Shown here in pieces: positions 10,137 to 19,709 of a stretch of 64,000 nt of DNA. Below the pieces are notes generated by a model that made no database searches, was not told the origin of the DNA, and worked only from the letters and a program-made list of their open reading frames with translations. Source of the stretch: Nitrospirota bacterium (GTDB lineage: Bacteria; Nitrospirota; UBA9217); NCBI GenBank assembly GCA_963663225.1, contig OY760142.1, positions 1,536,001 to 1,600,000 on the forward strand. Direction: 5' to 3'. Each line of letters opens with the position of its first letter. Position 1 is the stretch's first letter. The position numbers and the translations under genes were made by a program.

Positions 10137-10718
10137 ATGGCCGCAAAAAAAATCCTGATGCTTGTCGGCGATTTTGTGGAAGACTATGAAGTTATGGTGC
10201 CATTCCAGGCGCTGCAAATGGTAGGGCACACCGTCCACGCTGTCTGCAGCGGCAAGAAGGCCGGTGAAAAGGTCCGCACCGCGGTGCATGACTTCGAGGG
10301 GGATCAAACGTATTCTGAAAAACCCGGCCACAATTTCACGCTAAACGCGACGTTCTCAGAAGTAAAGCCGGAAAACTACGACGCACTTGTTCTTCCCGGC
10401 GGGCGGGCGCCTGAGTACATTCGTCTGGATGAAAAGGTGCTGAGCATAGTGCAACACTTTGCAAAAGCAAACAAGCCGATTGCTGCGATCTGTCATGGAG
10501 CCCAGGTCCTGGCGGCAGCGGGCATACTCCAGGGACGCAGCTGCTCCGCCTATCCTGCTGTGGGACCGGATGTTACCAGAGCCGGCGGAAAGTACATAGA
10601 CATTCCGGTAAGCCAGGCCTATGTGGACGGCAATCTCGTGTCCGCGCCTGCCTGGCCGGCACATCCCGAATGGCTTGCGAAATTCCTTGACGTTTTGGGA
10701 ACAAAAATCACCCTGTAA
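10137..10718 (+). CDS. DJ-1/PfpI family protein
   Basis: [21 protein letters not shown] nucleophile elbow; GGGAGG SD. Confidence 0.9.
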   Translation: MAAKKILMLVGDFVEDYEVMVPFQALQMVGHTVHAVCSGKKAGEKVRTAVHDFEGDQTYSEKPGHNFTLNATFSEVKPENYDALVLPGGRAPEYIRLDEKVLSIVQHFAKANKPIAAICHGAQVLAAAGILQGRSCSAYPAVGPDVTRAGGKYIDIPVSQAYVDGNLVSAPAWPAHPEWLAKFLDVLGTKITL

Positions 10719-11005
10719 TCAGGGTAATCCGCAGCGCGGAATCCCTGGATGTCAGCATGTACGCGATTTATAAAAACGGCGGCATTGTTTTGTCTTTTTA
10801 TCGGTGTGAGTGTCTAAAAGCTGTGACTGATGCATGCAGTTTATCCGTACGTATTCTCTGATCTGTTTCACCGGAAAGCGGGGTGATTACAAACTGTTGC
10901 TGCTATTCTGACGTGCGAAATGCAAAGGGGAAGGACGCACGGACCATTTCAGACGATGTTCCGCACCGCTAAAACGACCTGAACCGGAAAAAAGGACCAG
11001 CGTTT

Positions 11006-12361
11006 ATGAACAGCACGAACCTGAAGAAAATACTCATTGCCTGCATTATTTGTTCAGTATCCATCCTGGCACTGCCTGCTTATGCGGAAGATGAACCTCT
11101 TGCGTACTCCCTGTCCTTCACGGACGCAGAACTGGATGACCTGCTTGCGCCTATCGCGCTCTATCCCGATCCCTTGCTGGCGCAGATGCTGCCTGCTTCC
11201 ACGTATCCAACAGAAATAATTGACGCGGATGAATGGCTTCGAAGCGGAGGCACGGTGGCAGGTATTGACGGCCAGAACTGGGACGAATCCGTCAAGGCAA
11301 TTGCCCACTATCCCGACGTCCTGAGGATGATGGCCGACAATATGGACTGGACCGCCAATCTGGGCGATGCTTTTTTGAACCAACCTGAGGATGTGTCAAG
11401 ATCAATCCAGCATCTGAGGCGGCAGGCAAGAGACATGGGCAACCTGTCCAGTAATGATAAACAGAGTGTGGACATTCTTGAAGAAGGCAACATCGAAATC
11501 ATTCCTGCTCAGCCGCAGTATGTGTATGTCCCGGTGTATGATCCTACCGTCGTGTATTTCAGGCGGCCGTCGCTGAGCATTCCGCCATTTATACTCTTCG
11601 GTCCTCCATTTCTCCTCGGCGGATGGCTCATCATGGATTTTAACTGGGGGCACCATGAGGTGATTTATCATGGCTGGAACCGTCCCGGCTGGGTCAATCA
11701 TGCAAGACCGTATGTACACGTGACGAATGTATATGTTAACAGAAGCAGGCCCGCCATTCAGCAGCGATGGAGGCATGATGCATCTCACGGCGACCCTGCA
11801 AAATATCTTATGACGCGGCCCAGTGGTCCGAAAGCAGACAGCTACTCCCGTATCGGCGAAGTCAGGGGAAAAGCCGTTGTTACACAACCCAAACCGGCCG
11901 GAAGGCTGTTCGATTCCAAGTCCGGTGTTCACACATATAGTAATCGCGGCAGGGAGAGCCGCGGCATAGTGCAGCAGCAAACGTCTCCATCGGCAATGCC
12001 CGGCACCAGTCCGCGAAGGACCATTCCGACGCCCCGCGTGAACGAGCGACCGACGGCACCTGCTCCCGCAGTTAGTCAACCGGTCCAGAAACCTGCTCAG
12101 CAGAGACCGGCAGGAATCAGCAGTGATAAAAAAATGACGAGCGGCACCGGACCTGCTCGTGAGGCACCACAAACCATAAAGCGGCCTTCGACCGCTTTCG
12201 GAGGTTACCGCGGTGCAGACGAGGCCAGAGCACAGAGTATGCGCGGCCAGACCAGCCGTCAGAGCAGCGCAGGCGGTGCTTCATCTACCGTCCACCCGCC
12301 AAATCGGGGCGGCAATCCTCCCGCAGGCGGGCATTCATCGGGAGAAAAGCAACGTCGATAA
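11006..12361 (+). CDS. DUF3300-family exported protein with low-complexity C-terminal tail
   Basis: Signal peptide; LAPIALYPDPLLAQ, WDESVKA and YVPVYDP motifs; Pro/Arg/Ser-rich tail. Confidence 0.85.
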   Translation: MNSTNLKKILIACIICSVSILALPAYAEDEPLAYSLSFTDAELDDLLAPIALYPDPLLAQMLPASTYPTEIIDADEWLRSGGTVAGIDGQNWDESVKAIAHYPDVLRMMADNMDWTANLGDAFLNQPEDVSRSIQHLRRQARDMGNLSSNDKQSVDILEEGNIEIIPAQPQYVYVPVYDPTVVYFRRPSLSIPPFILFGPPFLLGGWLIMDFNWGHHEVIYHGWNRPGWVNHARPYVHVTNVYVNRSRPAIQQRWRHDASHGDPAKYLMTRPSGPKADSYSRIGEVRGKAVVTQPKPAGRLFDSKSGVHTYSNRGRESRGIVQQQTSPSAMPGTSPRRTIPTPRVNERPTAPAPAVSQPVQKPAQQRPAGISSDKKMTSGTGPAREAPQTIKRPSTAFGGYRGADEARAQSMRGQTSRQSSAGGASSTVHPPNRGGNPPAGGHSSGEKQRR

Positions 12362-12413
12362 GAAATGTGAACGTTGGTAAAAGGATATTTTTTGCAGAGA
12401 AAGGAAGCATATT

Positions 12414-13382
12414 ATGGCGACAAAGACCGGCAAGAAAACATTCCAGAATACTGCGCACGCGGTTGCTTTATTTATAATATGTGCGGCAATAATCACGATC
12501 GGGAGCATGTCGGTTACAGCGCAACCAACGCAGCAGGTATTCTCGTCTCCGGAGGATGCATTGAAAGAATTGGCAGCGGCAGTTAAAACGAAAGACAAAA
12601 CCGCGCTTGCCCGCATATTCGGGCCGTCCGGAGAAGAACTGCGCGCTACTGACGCGGTGCAGGCTGCCGCTGAATTCGAAGAATTTTCGAAATTATTGAC
12701 GATGAAGGCAAGCTTGGTTAAAGAGAATGAGTCGAAAGTGGTCCTTTATATAGGAAATGAAAACTGGCCGTTTCCAATCCCGCTGATTAAAACGAACAAT
12801 CAGTGGGTTTTTGATACAGAAGCAGGGAAAGAAGAAATTTTGAACCGCAGAATTGGCGAGAACGAGCTGACGGCCATCCTGGTTTGCCGTTCCTATGTAA
12901 AAGCCCAGCGTGAGTACGTACTGAAAGACTGGGATGGTGATGGAATTTTGGCGTACGCACAGAAGCTCCGGAGCGATCCGAACAAAAAGAACGGCCTCTT
13001 CTGGAAACGGGTTCCGGGCGAACCGGTAAGCCCTCTTGGTGAACTCGTGGCGCAGGCCCGGATGGAGGGATACCGGAAGGAAAAGTCGTTATTTAAAGAA
13101 GAGCCGGTGCCTTTTCACGGCTATTACTTTAACATCCTCACGAAACAGGGCAAACGCGCACCGGGAGGGAAATATAGTTACATTGTAAATGGAAATATGG
13201 TCGGGGGATTTGCTCTTGTTGCCTTTCCGGCGGACTGGGGCAAATCGGGAGTAATGACTTTTATTGTGAATCAACAAGGCAAGGTGTACCAGAAAAATCT
13301 CGGAGAAGAAACTCTGAAGATGGCCTCGAAAATGAAGATATACGATCCTGACGAGACATGGGCACTCGTTAAGGGCCAATAA
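12414..13382 (+). CDS. DUF2950-family protein
   Basis: WPFPIPL, RRIGENE, PFHGYYF and GVMTFIVN motifs; usual partner of DUF3300. Confidence 0.85.
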   Translation: MATKTGKKTFQNTAHAVALFIICAAIITIGSMSVTAQPTQQVFSSPEDALKELAAAVKTKDKTALARIFGPSGEELRATDAVQAAAEFEEFSKLLTMKASLVKENESKVVLYIGNENWPFPIPLIKTNNQWVFDTEAGKEEILNRRIGENELTAILVCRSYVKAQREYVLKDWDGDGILAYAQKLRSDPNKKNGLFWKRVPGEPVSPLGELVAQARMEGYRKEKSLFKEEPVPFHGYYFNILTKQGKRAPGGKYSYIVNGNMVGGFALVAFPADWGKSGVMTFIVNQQGKVYQKNLGEETLKMASKMKIYDPDETWALVKGQ

Positions 13383-13625
13383 TTTTTTGAACTCTGTTTT
13401 GTCCGAACAGGGTTTTTCGAAATAAAGATTGGTTTAGCTGGAGTTTTCCGCAAGAAAGACCTAAAGGGGTCTGCGTTTATAAAACTACCGCAAATTCTGA
13501 ACTCGTTCAATATCAACATGCTCGAAACCTATCGCCGGTAGTTGTTCGCATCTTTTCCCTCACGTTTTCCCCCCTATTACAGCAAAGATCGTATTTACTA
13601 TTTAATTTAGCGGTTTAGAATATTA

Positions 13626-13654
13626 TTGACATTATAATTTCCCTTTGCTACCTT
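13626..13654 (+). promoter_or_regulatory. putative sigma70 promoter of the cytochrome-rhodanese operon
   Basis: TTGACA-17 nt-TACCTT. Confidence 0.5.
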
Positions 13655-13665
13655 ATACCTAAGCA

Positions 13666-13688
13666 GTATGTGCGCTTGACGCACATAC
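13666..13688. repeat. perfect 9-5-9 inverted repeat (operator or 5' UTR hairpin)
   Basis: GTATGTGCG-CTTGA-CGCACATAC. Confidence 0.6.
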
Positions 13689-13826
13689 AAAACTAAACAG
13701 CTCTTATTAATTCAAAATCCAACGTCAATTTAAGAATAAAACTCATACTGCCAATTGATTAAAAAGTTCCGAGCTTCTTTGACAGGTGGCCTTTAAGAAG
13801 CTACAATTTCCCCTAAAGGAGGTATT

Positions 13827-15083
13827 ATGAGGAAAATCGTCATATGCGCCAGCCTGCTGTTCGTAATCCTTCTTGCGTATTCTGCTTCCCCTGCCTACTC
13901 AAAGTCAAGCCAGCCCCAAATTAACGCTTGTGTTGCGTGTCATACCAGCGACCAAACCTTAAAGAAGCTGTTCATACCCCCCAAGGTCCAGGCCTCGGAA
14001 GGAGAAGGGTGAGCAGGGGTGCCACCGTCAGTTCCGGCGGAACTGATGTACAAGGCGTTCCTGGTTGACAAGGATTTGCTTGATCAGGACGCGCATTTTT
14101 CAGAAGGTTGCAGCCCGTGCCACAAAGGCAATGAAAAAGGAAAAGGCAAGGAAGGGGCACACCGCGGCATGGTAAAACGGCCGTCAGATAATCTTGCTGT
14201 CTGCGGAAAATGCCATGAGGATACTTCGCAGCATTACAAAACAGCTCTTCACTATACCTCAGCAGGCCAGATGCATGGAGTCAAGGCGAGATTCAATGAG
14301 AAGGAATTCAAAGCATTTGATCAGAAAGTCTTTGGAAAATCCTGCAGGAGCTGCCATGCATCCTGCGGAGATTGCCATGTAAAATCTCCATCCATAGGAG
14401 GCATCGGAACAGGATTTATCAAGGGGCACCAGTTCGTAAAACGTGATGAAGGAAAAACATGCGGTATCTGCCACGGAGGCAGAGTGTATCCGGAATACAC
14501 CGGCGACTATGGCGGCTCAGCAGACGTCCATTACCAGAAAGGAATGCTCTGTCTGGACTGCCATAAAAAATCGGAACTGCATGGCAATGGTACGGCTTAT
14601 CAAGGAAGAAAGGAAGTCCAGGGACGGCCTGCCTGCGTTCAATGCCATCCCCGGGGCAGTGAAAAAACGGACACCTCGAAGACCGCCCATGTCCAGCATG
14701 GAGACAAGGTGAGTTGCTATGCGTGCCATTCAGGGGGAACCTACAGAAACTGCTACGACTGCCACCTTGGGAAGGGTGCATCATCAAAACCCGGCTTTAT
14801 CCTGGGAATAGATCCACAGAATAAAAAAACCGTTACTACCCTGAGACTGATACCAACCGTACGGGACACATTCAAACCGGCAGGAATTTCTATGGCAGGT
14901 TTTGATGCGCTCCCGAACTACTGGGGCACGTCGCCTCACAATATCAAAAAGCGCACCGAACGCACCCGGTCGTGTGACGTGTGCCATCAGGAGCACAAGG
15001 ATTTTCTGACAAAAGAAGGATTGATACCAAACGGTTCCAAGGCGAATGAAGGCCTAATTTATGACTTTAAACTCAATAAATAA
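13827..15083 (+). CDS. exported multiheme c-type cytochrome (11 CxxCH) with predicted selenocysteine at residue 62 (TGA 14010-14012)
   Basis: ORFs 13827-14012 and 14019-15083 share a frame. The signal peptide and 1 CxxCH lie before the TGA, and 10 CxxCH with no signal peptide lie after it. A SECIS-like hairpin follows the TGA; AAGGAGG SD. Confidence 0.8.
14013..14051 (+). promoter_or_regulatory. bacterial SECIS-like stem-loop
   Basis: CGTCAGTTCC (14026-14035), GGC loop, GGAACTGATG (14039-14048). The G-containing apical loop starts about 24 nt after the UGA; a lower GTGC/GTAC stem is possible. Confidence 0.7.
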
Positions 15084-15096
15084 AAGGAGGATGCTT

Positions 15097-15993
15097 ATGA
15101 TCAGGAAACGTATGCTGCAAATGCTGGTGTTGGTTCTTATTGTGATGCTGGTGCCCGTGGTGGCGGCAGCACGGGATGCCGCCCCGATTGTATCAACAGA
15201 CTGGCTCGAAAAGAACCTGAAAAACAACAATGTGGTGATTATCGATATTCGGAAGGTGGAAGAATACAAGGCAGGCCACATTCCCGGAGCGGTTAATGCG
15301 GTCTATGGAACATGGGCGATTATGAAGGGTGGCCTGAGAAATGAGCTGCCCGCAGCAGATGACTTGTTTGATGCAATTGGTGCCGCAGGTATTGAGCCGA
15401 CATCAAGCGTGGTTGTCGTAGGGAATGTTGAAACAACACCCGATCGCACCGATGTTACGAGAGTTGCTTGGACACTCAAGTACGCAGGCATTGAAAATGT
15501 TGCACTGCTCGATGGTGGTTATAAAAAATGGTTGGCGGATAAAAAGACGATATCTACCGACGTGGTGAAAGCAAAAACAAAAACATACAAAGGAAAAATC
15601 AATGCCAATCTTTTTACGAACAAAGACTATGTGTTAAGCCAACTTGGTAAGGCAACAATTGTCGATGTCAGGGAAAAAGATTTTTACGAGGGCAAGAAAA
15701 AATTCGATTTTGTAGCTAAAGCAGGAAGAGTCCCCGGCGCAAAGAATTTGCCCACCTCACTTCCTTATACAAAAGAGGGGACATTCAAGGACAAAGCAGA
15801 ACTTACTGCGATTGCGGCGAATGTTGTGGGAACCGATGTATCAAAAGAAATAATCACCTATTGTGATACAGGCAAAGTATGTTCAGCCTGGACATTCTTG
15901 CTGTCTGAAGTCCTTGGATACAAGAATGTAAAGGATTACGACGGTTCTATGGAAGAATGGACAAAAGATCCTAAGGCTCCGTTCGAACCGTAA
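15097..15993 (+). CDS. exported tandem-domain rhodanese/sulfurtransferase
   Basis: Signal peptide; GHIPGA, LLDGG, active-site YCDTG, YDGSMEEW. Its AGGAGG SD abuts the cytochrome stop codon. Confidence 0.92.
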   Translation: MIRKRMLQMLVLVLIVMLVPVVAAARDAAPIVSTDWLEKNLKNNNVVIIDIRKVEEYKAGHIPGAVNAVYGTWAIMKGGLRNELPAADDLFDAIGAAGIEPTSSVVVVGNVETTPDRTDVTRVAWTLKYAGIENVALLDGGYKKWLADKKTISTDVVKAKTKTYKGKINANLFTNKDYVLSQLGKATIVDVREKDFYEGKKKFDFVAKAGRVPGAKNLPTSLPYTKEGTFKDKAELTAIAANVVGTDVSKEIITYCDTGKVCSAWTFLLSEVLGYKNVKDYDGSMEEWTKDPKAPFEP

Positions 15994-16004
15994 GCAGTCT
16001 TACG

Positions 16005-16037
16005 AAAACGGGCAGAATTTTTCTGCCCGTTTTTTTA
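16005..16037 (+). terminator. intrinsic terminator
   Basis: AAAACGGGCAGAA-TTT-TTCTGCCCGTTTTTTT after the rhodanese gene. Confidence 0.85.
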
Positions 16038-16238
16038 TTCCACCTGCGCTTAGTCCTCAGCGCCATCCTTCTCCGTGTCTTTTGCCACGATGCTTTCCAG
16101 CCCCAAAATACGCCTTTTATAGCCGAAACAGGTATTGCACAAGAAAAATTAAAGTATTAAATACCCATTTCGGGCGATTTACTTTCACGGAAGACTATGG
16201 TATGTCATCTGTTAACGATATTGAAGAGGGCATACGAG

Positions 16239-17012
16239 ATGAAAAATGATGGTGAATTTACGCAAGACGGTACCGAACAAAGAAAACATACCCTGCTAAT
16301 TCTCGACAGAGAGCCGCAAGAACTTATTCGAATGTCAAAGCTCTTTGAGCGAATAGGTTATCAAACCGCTACAGCTAGGATGGGTTGCGAGGCATTCAAG
16401 ACAGTAAAGAAGATAATTCCAAACCTGATTCTTACTGCGATGGACCTTGAAGATATGAGTGGAATTGCATTCATTAGTCAGCTCAGCCAAAACAGAAAAA
16501 CAGAACATATTCCAATCGTTGTTTTGAAAGGTCCCCAGGATCTTGCCAGGGAACAAGATTATCTTGGCGCTGGCGCAGCGGTTTGCCTGTGTAAGTCGTC
16601 TTCGATCGAAACGATGTATCAAACAATGCAGAGACTCCAGAAGAAAGAATTGCGGGAAAAAATCCGCATTCAAACGCATCACCCTGTTAAGATTGAGACT
16701 GCCCCGTTCTGCGATCATTATGGCATGCACACACTGACGTTATCGGAACGGGGGATGTTTCTTTTCAGCAGGGTGCATGCCCCTGAAAATACCAGGCTTG
16801 CGCTCCGTATTAATCTACAAGGACTTATCATTGCGGCCGAAGCCAGGGTTTTGTACAATGGCCGGTCACGACGTAGTTCTCATCAGGAGCCCGGGTTAGG
16901 GCTTGAATTTATTACTATTGGACCTCAAGACCGGGAATGCATACGGACATTCATAAACAATGAAATAATGAAAGACATTCAGCCGAAAATTAGCCTGCAG
17001 CTATCTGCTTGA
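16239..17012 (+). CDS. pseudo-receiver plus PilZ domain protein
   Basis: REC-like N-terminus lacking the phospho-Asp (LILTAMDL); PilZ REKIR...LSERG...GLGLEF. Confidence 0.75.
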   Translation: MKNDGEFTQDGTEQRKHTLLILDREPQELIRMSKLFERIGYQTATARMGCEAFKTVKKIIPNLILTAMDLEDMSGIAFISQLSQNRKTEHIPIVVLKGPQDLAREQDYLGAGAAVCLCKSSSIETMYQTMQRLQKKELREKIRIQTHHPVKIETAPFCDHYGMHTLTLSERGMFLFSRVHAPENTRLALRINLQGLIIAAEARVLYNGRSRRSSHQEPGLGLEFITIGPQDRECIRTFINNEIMKDIQPKISLQLSA

Positions 17013-17040
17013 TAATTTTTCCAGTTAATTTTTTCAATAT

Positions 17041-17640
17041 GTGAACAATGGTTGGAATTTTGATATAATCATGACTAAAAGCGGCCTACAAATGGAGACC
17101 TTAGCTATGCAGAGGGTACGCGGTACAGCCTTTATAATTATCCTGACATTTTTTGCAACGCTTCAGGCTTGTGTAGCGGGTGTTCATCTCCTGCCGAAAT
17201 CGGCAGACCCGTCGGAAATTAAAGGAACTTATACGCTTATACTCTATGGATGCCGGTACGCAGATGATTTGGAGAACGTGGCTGTTCTTGTAGACGCAAA
17301 AAACAAGTATAAATTTGAAGTTTATGCGCTTGAAAACATGTATAAAGTAAAAAAAGAAGTTTCGGGTTCAGAGGCAATTCGTGAAGCAAACGCATTTATC
17401 AACTGCAGCATGCATACCGTATGGCAGACGGTGCTGCGCAGAATTTCCGATGCCGACGGCAGAACCATCGCATACGAACTGAAACCATTATACAGGCCAT
17501 GGGAATTTAAGATTTCAGAAGTACTGTTGTCTTCGTACGTGTTGCACGACGACACGGTGACGGCTTACTTTACGCTTGATCCGTCGGTGAAAATGGACGA
17601 TGGACCTTTAATCTGGCCAAGAACCCTGAGACGTTATTAG
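17041..17640 (+). CDS. hypothetical exported or lipoprotein (start possibly 17107)
   Basis: Hydrophobic N-terminus ending LQAC (possible lipobox). Confidence 0.6.
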   Translation: MNNGWNFDIIMTKSGLQMETLAMQRVRGTAFIIILTFFATLQACVAGVHLLPKSADPSEIKGTYTLILYGCRYADDLENVAVLVDAKNKYKFEVYALENMYKVKKEVSGSEAIREANAFINCSMHTVWQTVLRRISDADGRTIAYELKPLYRPWEFKISEVLLSSYVLHDDTVTAYFTLDPSVKMDDGPLIWPRTLRRY

Positions 17641-17699
17641 AGTACGGCACGCTGTTCACAATGGCTGCAGTTTGTATCCAAGCAAGAGGAGAGACAAGT

Positions 17700-18104
17700 A
17701 TGCTTCAAAATAAGATCGTAGCCCGCTACCAGGATGGCCGTGTAATAAAAGGATTCACCAGCGATTTTATGCCTGGAAAAAATATGCTGCACCTCAGTGT
17801 CTTCGGCGCACAGCCGAATTCGAAGCCCATACCTGTTTCTGTTCAGGAGTTAAAAGCGATTTTTTTTGTCAAGGACTTTACGGGAAATCCTGCGTATCAG
17901 GACAAAAGAGAATTCGATCCGGAGAAACCGGTTGCAGGTCGGAAGATTAAGGTGATTTTTAAAGATGGAGAGCTTTTGGTAGGAACTACACAAGGGTACC
18001 AACCAGGCCGGATAGGATTTTTTGTCTTCCCGATAGACCCGAAATCGAATAATGACCGCTGCTTTGTTGTCTCTCCCGCCACAAAAGGTATCTGGCTCGT
18101 CTGA
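17700..18104 (+). CDS. conserved hypothetical protein (DUF6982-like)
   Basis: KIVARYQDGRVIKG, LKAIFFVKDF, FKDGELLVG and GFFVFP motifs; GAGGAG SD. Confidence 0.7.
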   Translation: MLQNKIVARYQDGRVIKGFTSDFMPGKNMLHLSVFGAQPNSKPIPVSVQELKAIFFVKDFTGNPAYQDKREFDPEKPVAGRKIKVIFKDGELLVGTTQGYQPGRIGFFVFPIDPKSNNDRCFVVSPATKGIWLV

Positions 18105-18162
18105 TCACAAGCCAGACATCCGAAAAAATGGAATGGATAATTGTTTCTGACCAAAATCCCTG

Positions 18163-19098
18163 TCAATATCCTGCAAGAATCATTTCAAGGAGTGCCATGC
18201 GGACATACAATCCGTTTTCGGCTTGTTCGAAGTACTTGGCCCTCGGATCACGATCAACGGCAAAGCTGATTTCAGTCACGCGCGGCAGGGGATGCATAAG
18301 GATGGAGTTTTTTTTCATCAGGTCGAGAATCTCAGTATTGATGGTAAAGCGTTCACTCTCCTTCACTACCTCTTCGTACGTGCTTTGCGGGTCATCTTGA
18401 AAGCGTTCTCGCTGCACTCTTGTCTGGTAAATAACATCCGCAACTGGGGCGACTGCCCGCAAATCATCCGTTTCGCTCCAGGAAATCCGGTGTTCATCAA
18501 GGTATGCCTTAATGTCTTCGCCCATCTTTGTCTGGACCGGTGAAACGAAGATAATACGGTTATCGGGAAAATGTTTTGCGAGAAAATACGAAAGAGAGCG
18601 AACCGTGCGTCCGTGCGCGAGGTCGCCGACCATCGCCACCGTAAGCCCCTGGATCCCCGCGAACGACTTGCGTATGGTGTACAAATCGAGGAGCGCCTGA
18701 GTCGGGTGCTGGCCTTTGCCGTCTCCGGCGTTGATTACCGGTACTTTTGAAAATCGCTGGGCCCGTTCTGCGCCGCCTTCCTTATGGTAGCGAAGAACGA
18801 TCACGTCGCAATACGTACTGATGACACGAATGGAATCTTCAAGGCTTTCACCTTTTGCTTTTGAGGAAAACTGCTGCGCATTTTCCGTGCTGATGACATC
18901 CCCGCCCAGGTGTTTCATGGCCGCCTCAAAACTTAACCGAGTTCTGGTGCTCGGTTCATAAAATAACGAGGACATAAGCTTTCCATGGAGGACGCGCTGG
19001 ACCGGTTTTCGTTCCATTTTTTCTGCGACGCTGAAAATAGTATTTAAGGTATCTGCATCAAATTGTTGCGCTTCGATGACCCCGCCTAATTTTTTCAT
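18163..19098 (-). CDS. pyrB: aspartate carbamoyltransferase catalytic subunit
   Basis: FYEPSTRTRLSFE, NAGDG-HPTQ, MHPLPR; AGGAG SD before ATG 19098. Confidence 0.95.
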   Translation of the reverse strand: MKKLGGVIEAQQFDADTLNTIFSVAEKMERKPVQRVLHGKLMSSLFYEPSTRTRLSFEAAMKHLGGDVISTENAQQFSSKAKGESLEDSIRVISTYCDVIVLRYHKEGGAERAQRFSKVPVINAGDGKGQHPTQALLDLYTIRKSFAGIQGLTVAMVGDLAHGRTVRSLSYFLAKHFPDNRIIFVSPVQTKMGEDIKAYLDEHRISWSETDDLRAVAPVADVIYQTRVQRERFQDDPQSTYEEVVKESERFTINTEILDLMKKNSILMHPLPRVTEISFAVDRDPRAKYFEQAENGLYVRMALLEMILAGY

Positions 19099-19709
19099 GA
19101 ACAGTCTCCTTAAAAAGTTTCTGAAGAATGGTTCGGCAGCAGCATAAAAACCGACTGTAATCCGATCGATTATAACATATTTCAAATTGTCGTATACCAG
19201 AAAATCATAAATATACAGATAACCTGATAATAACAAGTATTGCGGGAATGATTAAAGTAGACTATAATTAAGCGTTCTATCGTTCCGAAGCATTATAGGG
19301 TACCATGCAGCGTATCGAATTGTAACCCAAAATAAGTAAGAGCTGTCAAGCATAGCCAACAGATAAAAAGAAAGGTGGCCTTATGCTCAGTTCAAACGTG
19401 CTGCTGCGAATTCCTATTCCCGCGTTTTTTCTCTCTCCGGACTGCTTGCCGGAGCAGTCCACGGGGAATCAATCTCACCTGACGAAGAAATTATCATTAT
19501 CGGCGGCAATCGAAACTATCCTCTATTATACGAATTCCTTCAACAAAGTAATGCCTGATCCAAAAGTGGCGCATACCTTGCTCGATAGGGGGAGATATGC
19601 CTTCACAAGCGAATAGCCGTCATAAAAAGAGCTATAATAAGTAACAAGTATCTAGCGTATCGAGGCCCACCGCATTCATGGTTAACTTCATGGACAAAAG
19701 GAGAAAAAA

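Noticed and set aside
14019-15083. Independent cytochrome gene starting at GTG 14019, with a separate 61-aa monoheme protein upstream
   Set aside because: It would lack an export signal despite 10 CxxCH motifs. The shared frame, single TGA and SECIS-like hairpin favour read-through. Disfavoured but not formally excluded.
19383-19616. 77-aa ORF between pyrB and tctC (similarly 49986-50177)
   Set aside because: No recognisable protein features; probably chance ORFs in regulatory intergenic DNA.
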